From an uncultured Desulfobacterales bacterium (GTDB lineage: Bacteria > Desulfobacterota > Desulfobacteria > Desulfobacterales > B30-G6): 64,000 nucleotides of DNA. Made by a program: the position numbers and the translations under genes. Below the pieces are notes generated by a model. That model did not search any database, was not told the DNA's origin, and saw only the letters and a program-made list of their open reading frames with translations. Of the stretch, positions 10,177 to 18,770 are shown piece by piece (within the stretch, counting starts at the first letter, position 1; the number at the start of each line of letters is the position of its first letter). The stretch spans positions 5,187-69,186 of the forward strand of contig CAYTAQ010000002.1 of the NCBI GenBank assembly GCA_964435695.1. The letters are read 5' to 3'.

Positions 10177-11004
10177 TCAGCGGAGGACCAGGACCGAGGA
10201 TTCACTCGTTTTCACCAGCCGGTTCATCTTGGCCTTTGAATAAATTCTGCGTAGCAGCGCCTCTTTGCCCATCCAGAGGGCCATGAGGGCATAACGGGCT
10301 TCGTTTGCCACGAAATCATCGAACTTCCTGGTTTCGACGATTTCCACCCAGGGCTCGATGCTCTTGGCGCTGTAATATGAAATCAGCCAGCCGAGTTTCT
10401 TTTCGATGTCGCTCTTGAGTTCCCCGCGTTCCAGCAATCCGACCATTTGCAGGCGTGCACCATACAGAGTTACAAACTGGCTGACCATCTCGAGGGACCG
10501 CTGGCTGATCTCCTCGTGACCCAGGCAGCATACGACGCGATCCACTGCTCTGGTCTTTTTGGCGATATATACGGAACAATCCGCTTCGCTGGCTATCTGC
10601 CTGGGCACATTCTGCCCCTTGTTCCAGGTACACCCATTGGCATCATTGCATCCCAGAACAATGAGGTCGCTTTGCTGTTCACGGGATTCCGACAGGATTT
10701 CTTTAGACGCATTGCCGGTACGGATGCGGATGTCGGGCGCTTCCAGACCCGAATCGAACCGAACATCGACGGAACGGGAGAAATGACCGATGAAGCGATC
10801 CCGGTATACAGCGATGGCCCGGTGCATTGGATCAGTGGATTCCTGGTCCGCCGGCAGCGCCGTCGGCTGCTTCGGGAAGCGGTATTCACCGGAGCCGATA
10901 CCGAGAATGGTAACTTTTGCAATGGTGTTGGCGGCCAGACGGGCCACCTGGTCGATTGCAAGATTGCTATAGGGGTCGGTGTTCACGGCAACGAGTATCT
11001 GCAT
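10177..11004 (-). CDS. tandem universal stress protein (Usp) family protein
   Basis: The 275-aa length and two Usp-like halves fit the family (MQILVAVNTD.., ..VVCCLGHEE..SSVLVLR at the C-terminus). GGGAGG RBS. Confidence 0.6.
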   Translation of the reverse strand: MQILVAVNTDPYSNLAIDQVARLAANTIAKVTILGIGSGEYRFPKQPTALPADQESTDPMHRAIAVYRDRFIGHFSRSVDVRFDSGLEAPDIRIRTGNASKEILSESREQQSDLIVLGCNDANGCTWNKGQNVPRQIASEADCSVYIAKKTRAVDRVVCCLGHEEISQRSLEMVSQFVTLYGARLQMVGLLERGELKSDIEKKLGWLISYYSAKSIEPWVEIVETRKFDDFVANEARYALMALWMGKEALLRRIYSKAKMNRLVKTSESSVLVLR

Positions 11005-11025
11005 TTTATCCTCCCGGAAGATTAC

Positions 11026-11862
11026 CTATTTCGAAGAACACAGCAAATTGGCGGTGGGAACCTGGTTCAACACTTTCACCAGCGGATTTCCGCGTCGAGA
11101 ATCGCTCGGCAGGTAAGATGCCACCAGGCTGTAATTGCGCAGCAACCCGGCGGTCTCCCTTAACTCTCCCACCCTGATGTAATCACGCAGCGTCCACCCC
11201 TGTTCCGCTAGCCGCCCGGCGATGTCAGGGTCCATTTCAGGAACTGCGACGGGGATGTCATCGTTATTTTGCCGGCGACGTTTGGCCGAAACAGTGCCAA
11301 GACCCGAGCCGTTTTTCACCTCGATCACGTCGATGGCCATTGCGTTCTTGGGAAACAATTTACCAAAGGCATCGACCAGAGGTCCCGGCCGATCACCCGG
11401 GGTCAGCAGTAATGCGGCCTTACGAAAGGCCGGCATGTTTTTAACCAGCAAAACAGGGCAGGCGCTCCGATAGAAGCGCTGGGTCTTGATCTTTTCGGAA
11501 AAGCTCGAAGGATCGAAATTCTGCAGCATCCCTTCGACGAACAAATCATATCGGCCGCTGTCCAGCTCACGGTATATTTCTTCATCAGGATCACCCATGG
11601 CCAGTTTGGGGACTCTTGAAATGGGACATGCCGAAGACACAGCCTCCACCAGATTGATGATTTCATTCCGGGCGGTCTCCAGTGAACTGCTTTCCCATGT
11701 TTGCCGCACCCATCCCGTACCGGGAGCGCTTGCCTCGTGGGAACATTCCTCGATGTGGATGCTGCGAATGTCCATCGGAACCATTTTTGCCATGCGGCAG
11801 CAGAATCGGAGGGCAATTTGCGATGCCAGGGAAGTATCCAGCGAAATCAAAGTATTGATCAT
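11026..11862 (-). CDS. tandem Usp-like protein
   Basis: 278 aa with a two-half Usp-like layout. Its start overlaps the CheY stop by 4 nt (ATGA). Confidence 0.5.
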   Translation of the reverse strand: MINTLISLDTSLASQIALRFCCRMAKMVPMDIRSIHIEECSHEASAPGTGWVRQTWESSSLETARNEIINLVEAVSSACPISRVPKLAMGDPDEEIYRELDSGRYDLFVEGMLQNFDPSSFSEKIKTQRFYRSACPVLLVKNMPAFRKAALLLTPGDRPGPLVDAFGKLFPKNAMAIDVIEVKNGSGLGTVSAKRRRQNNDDIPVAVPEMDPDIAGRLAEQGWTLRDYIRVGELRETAGLLRNYSLVASYLPSDSRRGNPLVKVLNQVPTANLLCSSK

Positions 11863-12254
11863 GCTTTTCCCCCTCTTTCTTCTTCGATCACCCGGGCGGC
11901 ATTGGTGATGGTCGTGCGCAGTTCTTTTATCTTGAACGGTTTGGCGATGAAATCAAAGGCCCCCTTGGCAAGCGATTCCCGGGCAACTTCGATGGTTGCA
12001 AAGCCGGTTATCATGATGACCTTGGTTGACTTGGAGATTTTCGAAACGTGCTCCAGAATCTGAAGTCCATCCATGCTGTCCATTCGGATATCGGTCACAA
12101 CGATATCAAAGGATTTGTCCGACAGGCGTATCAGCGCCTTTTCGGGCTCGACGAAAATCTCCACACCAAACCCGTCTTTTTGCAAAGCAGCCTTGAGCCG
12201 CTCGCCGACGATGGGCTCATCGTCCAGGATCAGAATTTGCAATTGTTTTTCCAT
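11859..12254 (-). CDS. stand-alone response-regulator receiver (CheY-like)
   Basis: ILILDDE.., DIVVTDIRMDSMDG, VIMITG and AFDFIAKPF receiver motifs; 131 aa with no output domain. Confidence 0.85.
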   Translation of the reverse strand: MEKQLQILILDDEPIVGERLKAALQKDGFGVEIFVEPEKALIRLSDKSFDIVVTDIRMDSMDGLQILEHVSKISKSTKVIMITGFATIEVARESLAKGAFDFIAKPFKIKELRTTITNAARVIEEERGGKA

Positions 12255-12325
12255 GGCGCATCCTCCGTTAGGGCAATCTTTCCCTTTTTAAGATAAAGAC
12301 CGGCCGGCAATGGATTCATGAAAAA

Positions 12326-13414
12326 TCACGTGGTCACCGGGACCCGGTCTACCTGAAGTGTTTTATGAATCTCGCGTCGCTGGTGATAGGCACGCAACAC
12401 GAAAAAGAGAATCACCAGGCAGCCTGAAATTCCGCTGGCAAACAGGAAGAATTTGCTGGCCGTGTTGAAGTAAACGTCCCATGCGGGATTAAGGCGCAGG
12501 ATATTCAGTTGACGCAGATAAATGGGAATGGCAATGACCCGGCTCAATACGCAAAGCAGAATGATCAGACTGGTTACAAGCCGTATCACCTTTTCGTTGA
12601 CTACCTTGACGCCGTATACGCCCAGATAGATACCCAGCAGGGAGCCTATATAAAGCAGCATGGTCAGGCGAATATCCACAAATCCCTGGTAGGCATAGCT
12701 CAGTGCTCCATATGCGCCCATGAACATGGCCAGATACAGTTCCGTTCCCGCGGCGACGGAAGTTGGCACGCCGAAAACATAGATCATGGCCGGCACCCCG
12801 ATAAAGCCCCCGACACCGATGGTTCCGGCCAGGTATCCGGTGGCAATCCCGACGAGGAGAATGACCCAGAGACTGACTTTGACATCGGCCACCTTGAAAT
12901 AGATCACCGGCGGCAGGTTGAGCTTCGAAAGAAAATCCGTGATCTTCCGGGAGGGGCCGGCCTCACCATTTTCATTACCGGAAGACTTGATCAGATCTCG
13001 AAGCATGGATATGGCAACGAATGTCAGAATCGTGGCAAAGACCAAGCTGATGTACAAATTGGCCCCCGCGCCTTTGGATACACCATGTCCGGCGCCTCCT
13101 TTAAAAAGCATACTGGTGATCCACACGGCAAACTGAATGCCGAGGATGGCGGTACCCAACACAAAAACAGCCAGCTTCTTATCGACATTTCCGGCCTCGC
13201 TGTGTTTGTGCGATCCGACCATGGCTTTACCGAATTTGTGGGTTATATTGCTGGCAACCGCCACCACGCCTTCAATACCCAGGTTCATCATTCCGGGTGT
13301 CATAAAAAATGCGCCGCCGCTGCCGATAAAGCCGCTCAACACGCCGCCGATAAATCCCAACAAAACCACCTGAAAGGCTGTCGACAAATTGATATGTATA
13401 AAGTGAACTATCAT
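12326..13414 (-). CDS. TauE/SafE-family (sulfite/anion exporter type) integral membrane protein
   Basis: Two repeated halves are each rich in G-x-x-G-G-x TM segments (GGVLSGFIGSGGAFF, GYLAGTIGVGGFIGVP). A hydrophilic central loop (SSGNENGEAGPSRK) joins them. Confidence 0.7.
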   Translation of the reverse strand: MIVHFIHINLSTAFQVVLLGFIGGVLSGFIGSGGAFFMTPGMMNLGIEGVVAVASNITHKFGKAMVGSHKHSEAGNVDKKLAVFVLGTAILGIQFAVWITSMLFKGGAGHGVSKGAGANLYISLVFATILTFVAISMLRDLIKSSGNENGEAGPSRKITDFLSKLNLPPVIYFKVADVKVSLWVILLVGIATGYLAGTIGVGGFIGVPAMIYVFGVPTSVAAGTELYLAMFMGAYGALSYAYQGFVDIRLTMLLYIGSLLGIYLGVYGVKVVNEKVIRLVTSLIILLCVLSRVIAIPIYLRQLNILRLNPAWDVYFNTASKFFLFASGISGCLVILFFVLRAYHQRREIHKTLQVDRVPVTT

Positions 13415-13449
13415 TTGACCTCCTGTGATGCCGTCTTCATTCCGGGAAA

Positions 13450-14973
13450 TTAATCAACGCCGATCAACTTAAACAGCAGACCGGTGACCGTGCCGTAGAG
13501 ATAAGCTACCAAAGGAACAAACAGGACTACGCAAATGGCTGAAATTACTTTGGCGTTCTGGTGCATCGGGCCGCCCAGAAAGTTCATGATCACATCCTGG
13601 AACCTAAATGCCGCCGCATAGATACAAATAACGGCTAAGGCACACGCCACCAGTTTAACAGCCTGCCGAGAATCGAAGAAAAATCGCGATCGGATTTCGT
13701 CACCGGTCACCACGGGGATCTTGAATCGTTCGCGGACATTGAGCGCCAGTTCCCGGGCCTGTCGCTTGCGGGCCTCGTTCCCTTTGTCCAGAAAAATATC
13801 GCCCAACACCACCAGGGAACAATTGGTGGCGTTTTTGACCGCCTCCATGATTTCTTCGCTGCCTCCGTAGACCGTTTTCCCGCCGCCTGAGCGTCCAATG
13901 GAAACCAGTTCTTCCATGACTTTGCCAAGGCCGCTATCGTTCGGGGAAACCTCGGGGCCGTCATCTTCCACCCCTCCTGTATATACGGCCGGTCCATTGT
14001 CCGCGGTTGGATTTCTGACTTCATCCGCAGCCGCAGAAATGCATTCGTCGCACTCCGATCCGGAGCGAGGGGCGATTTGCAGCAATTCGACAGCCGCACC
14101 CCAGCGCTGGGCAATCTGCGTGATGTGTTGAAAATTTTCGTCAACGCCGTGGAAACGCTCCTGTACCCACAAAACGTTGGTTTCGGCCATGGTGCACTGT
14201 ACCTTGTTGCACCCTTCCAACTGCTCGAGTACTTCGATGATGGCATGGTCGATCCCTTTTTGACCCGGCATGTAGGTGACCGTAACGGTTCCGTCGACAG
14301 CCCTGACCCAAAAATTTGCCCGCCGGGTTCTGTCATCGGTTTCCAGACGCAACTTGGCTTTTGCCGTCAGATGATGATTTCCCATCGCTCTTCGGGTTTC
14401 CGTTGTGGTGCAATAGTCCGGAAGAGACGCGATGTTGACCAGCAAATCAGACGCATGTGATAAGGAAATGGTCTGCAAATTTATGAAAAAATCGAAGAGT
14501 GCCGGGTCCCTCCACTCTGCCTTGTGAACATAGTGCACCCATTTCTCAAAATCCTCATCAATCTGGTCTAAATAGGATGAGACTTTCTCTCGCGGCAGAT
14601 TCAGATCCGCTATCGCCTTTTCGATGCGCGCCTCTTTCGGCGCCATCAGGCCGACACGCAGACGGTGCCGGACCCCGGGCAGCAGCAGATGACCGGCCCG
14701 GCCTTCGTAGACGAGGTTGCCGTCCCGGGCCTTTTCGCATATGGCTGCCGTGATATAAGCCAGATAGATGTCCTTTTCCCGGGCAAGCCTTTCGTTGCTG
14801 ATGGGCTTTTTGATGATCGATGTCTCGAGCCGCCCCAATTTGATGCCCTGAGCATGTGCATCGTCCGCCAATTGTCTACGACTCAACGTCGGCCACCCTG
14901 TTTTGTGACCCAGATCCTGGGCCAACTCCTCTGCCGAGCAGTGAGATACGCTTGAAATCATAATGATCGGCAT
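13450..14973 (-). CDS. multidomain membrane-anchored protein: cytidylate-kinase-like (degenerate P-loop) N-domain, central region, Usp-like segment, C-terminal TM helices
   Basis: The N-terminal layout matches the cytidylate-kinase-like family (..VYEGRAGHLLLPG..RLRVGLMAP.E.R....; ..W.DP..FD..INL). The P-loop position, however, reads SSVSHCSA. The G..GGGK...GGSEE....A.CSLVVL segment is Usp-like. The last ~70 aa are hydrophobic. AAGGAGG RBS. Confidence 0.5.
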   Translation of the reverse strand: MPIIMISSVSHCSAEELAQDLGHKTGWPTLSRRQLADDAHAQGIKLGRLETSIIKKPISNERLAREKDIYLAYITAAICEKARDGNLVYEGRAGHLLLPGVRHRLRVGLMAPKEARIEKAIADLNLPREKVSSYLDQIDEDFEKWVHYVHKAEWRDPALFDFFINLQTISLSHASDLLVNIASLPDYCTTTETRRAMGNHHLTAKAKLRLETDDRTRRANFWVRAVDGTVTVTYMPGQKGIDHAIIEVLEQLEGCNKVQCTMAETNVLWVQERFHGVDENFQHITQIAQRWGAAVELLQIAPRSGSECDECISAAADEVRNPTADNGPAVYTGGVEDDGPEVSPNDSGLGKVMEELVSIGRSGGGKTVYGGSEEIMEAVKNATNCSLVVLGDIFLDKGNEARKRQARELALNVRERFKIPVVTGDEIRSRFFFDSRQAVKLVACALAVICIYAAAFRFQDVIMNFLGGPMHQNAKVISAICVVLFVPLVAYLYGTVTGLLFKLIGVD

Positions 14974-14991
14974 TCTTTGAATTCCTCCTTG

Positions 14992-15396
14992 CTATACGAA
15001 ATGAGCGGTTCCTTTTTCTTTAACCTTAATGAGTTGTGCGCTGATCTTCGGCCTCAGTTCTTGCAGGGCGTCTGCCATCAGTTTGTCGCCGGCACCGAAT
15101 ACCAACAGGTCGATGTTTTCTTCGACAACCAATCCGGTGATTTCCTTTTCAAATCCCTCCTGAGCAATATGATAGGACACCGGCAGCCCCTGCTGGGATG
15201 CGCTCTGCACCAGATCTCGCAAAGCCTCCTGCACCCAGCCCTCGACTTCCGAATCCGCGCTTTTTTCATTCAGATCGATCGTGAGAATGATCACCTTGGC
15301 ATGCATTCTTTCCGCCAGAGCCAGAGCATGGTAAACGCCATTTAGATCATTGCTGCTGATATTGAGGGGGACTAAAATGTTTTTCATGCCGGGCAC
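14992..15396 (-). CDS. universal stress protein (single domain)
   Basis: 134 aa; KNILVPL...VIILTI....DLLVFGAG pattern; first gene after the regulatory gap. Confidence 0.65.
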   Translation of the reverse strand: MPGMKNILVPLNISSNDLNGVYHALALAERMHAKVIILTIDLNEKSADSEVEGWVQEALRDLVQSASQQGLPVSYHIAQEGFEKEITGLVVEENIDLLVFGAGDKLMADALQELRPKISAQLIKVKEKGTAHFV

Positions 15397-15443
15397 CTTC
15401 GAACAACCTTCACGGGTATTGTTTTGTTCTCCCCATCAGGCGT

Positions 15444-15459
15444 ATCAATAATCGTGCCA
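15444..15459 (-). promoter_or_regulatory. candidate sigma54 (-24/-12) promoter
   Basis: The minus strand reads TGGCACGATTATTGAT. TGGCAC and TTG have exact consensus spacing, but the -12 GC is GA. It lies about 50 nt upstream of the ATG at 15396 and downstream of a sigma54 activator gene. Confidence 0.45.
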
Positions 15460-15520
15460 GATTAATTATTCATATATATTCAAATAGTTAGAGATGTCGA
15501 GATGCTGAAAAGACGTTAGG

Positions 15521-15543
15521 GGATGTTTCATGATGAAACATCC
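15521..15543. promoter_or_regulatory. perfect 11-1-11 palindrome, candidate enhancer (UAS) site
   Basis: GGATGTTTCAT-G-ATGAAACATCC with core GTTTC-N5-GAAAC, about 80 bp upstream of the -24/-12 element. Confidence 0.45.
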
Positions 15544-15599
15544 GCCGTTGATTGATCTCAATTTTTCAGGGAGTTACACGCTAATTCCAAAAGAGGTGC

Positions 15600-15620
15600 A
15601 ACGTTTCATAACGAAACGTT
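15600..15620. promoter_or_regulatory. 8-5-8 palindrome, second candidate UAS site
   Basis: AACGTTTC-ATAAC-GAAACGTT has the same GTTTC-N5-GAAAC geometry. Its centre is 78 bp from the first palindrome. An isolated half-site AACGTTTCAT recurs at about 15794. Confidence 0.4.
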
Positions 15621-15779
15621 ATATGGCTTGCAGGAAGGTTCATGCGTCTAGAGCGTTTGTCATATAAACATTCCGGTATTGGTGGTTTTCTGAATCTTAT
15701 TTGAAGTATGGCGTAATGTTTTTTTAACGAATGAAACGGATGCCTGCTTTTTCCGAAACCGACACGGGCAGCAGGTTGT

Positions 15780-17141
15780 CTAAACCAGCTTGTAACGTTT
15801 CATTTTGCGCCAGAGCGTGGTTCGGGGGATTTTCAGAATTTCGGCAGCCCGGGCCCTTTGAAAGTTGGTTTGCCGCAAGACCTGTCGAATGTATTCTTTT
15901 TCTTTCTGCTCGAGAGAGACCGACCGGCCTTCTTCGACTCTGTCGATATCGAGCCGCTGTAGATCGGGCGGGAGGTCTTTGAGGCGGATAATGTGATCGT
16001 CACAAAGGGCGACCGTTCGTTCGATGATGTTTTGCAATTCTCTGACATTGCCCGGAAACGGATAATGGGTGAGAATCTCGAGGGCTTCGTCGTCGATTCC
16101 TTGAATGGCTTTGCAAAAGCCCGTATTGTACCTTGAAAAAAAATGGCGGATCAGCAGGGGGATGTCTTCTTTGCGGGCGCGCAGCGGCGGCAGGGTGATC
16201 AAAACCACGTTAAGTCGATAGTAGAGATCCTCCCGGAATTTTTTGATTGTCACCAGCTCCTTGAGATCCTGATTGGTGGCCGCAATCAGCCGCGTATCCA
16301 CTGAAACCGGCTGAATACCGCCGACCCGGATCAGCTTGCGTTCTTGCACAAAGCGCAGGAGTTTGATCTGCATGCTTGACGGCATTTCGCCGATTTCATC
16401 TAGAAAGATCGTGCCTTCATGGGATGACTCGATGAGACCGATTCTGGTGTCGATCGCCCCTGTAAAGGCGCCTTTTTCATGCCCGAACAGCTCGTTGGCG
16501 ATCAGATCCTCTGCAAATCCCCCGCAATTGAAGGATACGAAGGGCCCATTGCTTCGCTGGCTTTGTTCATGCAATACTCTGGCAACGATTTCCTTGCCGG
16601 TTCCGCTTTCTCCTTGAATCAGGACATTGCAGGTCAATGGCGCCACCTTGCGGATGAGTTTTTTAACCCCGCTGATGGCACTGCTGTTGCCGATCAGATC
16701 TATGAATGAATTGTTGGAAAAAAGGGCTTTCTTGAGGCTTTCCTTTTCTTTGACGAGGGTCACTTTTTCCAGGGCGCGGATGACGAGCGATTTGAGCTCG
16801 GCGGTCTTAAACGGTTTTGTGATGTAATGAAAAGCGCCTTTTTTGATCGCAGAAATGGCCGTATCGACGGCACCATAGCCCGTCATGATAATGACCTCGC
16901 AATCCGGGTTTGTCTTCTTCACCTTGTTCAGGACATCGAGCCCGCTCATTCCCGGCAGTCTCAGATCGCATAAAACGATATCGAAAGGTTCAATCCGGCT
17001 TTTCCGGATAAACGATTCGCCGTCGGAAAAAACCTCGACATGATAAGACGCTTTCGACAAATGGCGTTTGATCTCCCGGGCGGTAATGGCTTCATCGTCC
17101 ACCACGGCCACCCGGGGTATGGTTTTATAGTCAGGCTGCAT
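15780..17141 (-). CDS. sigma54-dependent Fis-family response regulator (receiver + AAA+ + HTH; NtrC type)
   Basis: Receiver motifs VAVVDDE and DIVLCDLRLPGMSG; Walker A GESGTGKE; GAFTGA loop (EKGAFTGA); C-terminal HTH AAEILKIPRTTLWRKMKRY. Starts at MQPDYK (17141) or MLMQ (17147). It forms the 3' part of the 943-aa track ORF. Confidence 0.85.
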   Translation of the reverse strand: MQPDYKTIPRVAVVDDEAITAREIKRHLSKASYHVEVFSDGESFIRKSRIEPFDIVLCDLRLPGMSGLDVLNKVKKTNPDCEVIIMTGYGAVDTAISAIKKGAFHYITKPFKTAELKSLVIRALEKVTLVKEKESLKKALFSNNSFIDLIGNSSAISGVKKLIRKVAPLTCNVLIQGESGTGKEIVARVLHEQSQRSNGPFVSFNCGGFAEDLIANELFGHEKGAFTGAIDTRIGLIESSHEGTIFLDEIGEMPSSMQIKLLRFVQERKLIRVGGIQPVSVDTRLIAATNQDLKELVTIKKFREDLYYRLNVVLITLPPLRARKEDIPLLIRHFFSRYNTGFCKAIQGIDDEALEILTHYPFPGNVRELQNIIERTVALCDDHIIRLKDLPPDLQRLDIDRVEEGRSVSLEQKEKEYIRQVLRQTNFQRARAAEILKIPRTTLWRKMKRYKLV

Positions 17142-18611
17142 CAACATCCTTATCTGTCGGCAAAAATATTGAAAAACAGGTGCCCTGTCCCGGCGCACTT
17201 TCGACTTCGATACGGCCGCTGTGCTTGGTGATGATATTATATGAAACCGAAAGCCCCAAACCGGTGCCCTCGCCTTCTTTTTTCGTCGAAAAAAACGGGT
17301 CGAAAAGCCGATCCAGATGTTCCGGCGGAATCCCTTTTCCGGTATCGCGAATATCGATTCCCTGGCAGCCGGATCCGTACTCATGGCAACGGCTATCCGG
17401 CCGCCGTTTTCCATGGCCTGGATGCTGTTCAGGAAGAGGTTTAGAAACACCTGCTGGATCCCGCCCTTATCGACCCGCAATTCCGGCAGCGGTCCGCCCT
17501 CGATTGTCTGTGAAAACTTGACGTGGTTCAACCGCATTTCATTTTTTACCAGGTCAGCCGTTTTCCGAACGATCTCGTCGAGCGCCACTTTTTCCGCCTT
17601 GGAATAGCGGTTTCGCGAAAATTCCAGAAGCTTTTTAACAATATTGCTGGTCCGTTCGGCTTGGTCCATCAGATTTTGATATAAGTGCAATCTTTCTTCG
17701 ACGGAAAGATCTTCGTCTTCTTCAACAAGCGATTCCACGATCAACGATATGTTATTGATGGGATTGTTGAGTTCATGGGCGATTCCGGAGGTAAAGGTGC
17801 CGATGGAAGCCATTTTCCGCGATTGCAGCAGTTGATCCTCTCGTTTCTTCAGTTCTTCGACCATTTTGTTAAACGCATCTATCAGTCGTGATATTTCATC
17901 ATGCCGCTCGGGTCGGCTCGGGATCGGAACGAATTCTTCACTGGCGACCTTCTTTGTCGCCTCTTCCACCACCTTCAACGGCCGCAGTATGCTGCTGCTG
18001 ATGAGTTGAAAAATGTAGACAAACAGCAAAAAGAAAAAGCAGAGCAGCGCCGCGAAATAGAAGACATAACGATGCAGACGCATCTTGATCCGTCCTCGCT
18101 TGATATTGATGAGATCTTCCGAAAAGCTGATGAGTTTCTTTCCGCTTTCCCTGATTTCTGCCAGGCTGGGAAGCTGCTCCCCTTTTTTGACGATGGAAAT
18201 GTAGCGATTGAGCAGTTCCTTGTACTCATTCAGATCTGCATTGAACTGGCGGTATTTCTGATTGCCGGCAACGGTGATGATGTCGGGCACGATCTGTTGA
18301 AAAGAGCTATCGATCTGAAGAAGATAACGGCTGCATTGCTCCAGCGAAACGGCATCCTGGTAAAAAATAAGGTTCTTTTCGTAGCGCCTCAACTCCAGGA
18401 CATCATTCAGGAGGTCATCGAAGCTTTCGATGATCATGAGCCTATCCTCCAGGTAGCGCGTATTCTGGTAGGATAATACGGCCAGCGCGACTACGAAAAA
18501 TACACAAAGATTAAAAAGAAAAATGATCTTGCTGCGGATGCTTTTCACTGCAGCGCCTCCCTTATTGAAGGAAAACCAAGGCTCGGATCTTCCCCGACCA
18601 AACGGTGTCAA
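17131..18611 (-). pseudogene. sensor histidine kinase (TM-sensor-TM-HAMP-HisKA-HATPase_c) with a 1-nt frame break near 17360
   Basis: The H-box GIAHELNNP and N-box QVFLNLFLNSIQAM are in the track frame. The G1/F/G2 boxes appear only in the -1 frame (IDIRDTGKGIPPEHLDRLFDPFFSTKKEGEGTGLGLSVSYNIITKHSGRIEVESAPGQGTCFSIFLP...AA*), my own translation. That frame ends at the TGA at 17133..17131. The span is 1481 nt, which is not a multiple of 3. Confidence 0.75.
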
Positions 18612-18770
18612 TGCTTCAATTATAGCATCTTATTTACAATTCAAGCTTTGACACCGTTTATTTATCCGGCGATGATGTGGTGTAAGGCCCGGAGGTATCG
18701 ATTCGAACGTTGCCTAGCATGCACCATACGTATCAAACATCATCATTTCTGCCAACTTATAATTTGGAGT

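Noticed and set aside
12509-13453. A long antisense ORF (314 aa) opposite the TauE gene. Similar ones are at 10447..11163, 18813..19475, 21839..22456, 43347..43958, 45328..45882 and 46015..46569.
   Set aside because: All lie fully inside well-supported genes on the other strand, have Arg/Gly/His-rich junk composition and lack an RBS. They are typical shadow ORFs.
15780-18611. The 943-aa ORF read as a genuine hybrid histidine kinase-NtrC fusion protein
   Set aside because: The G1, F and G2 ATP-binding boxes of the kinase appear only in the adjacent frame. That frame ends with a stop overlapping a normal activator start codon, so this is two genes joined by a 1-nt indel, not a natural fusion design.
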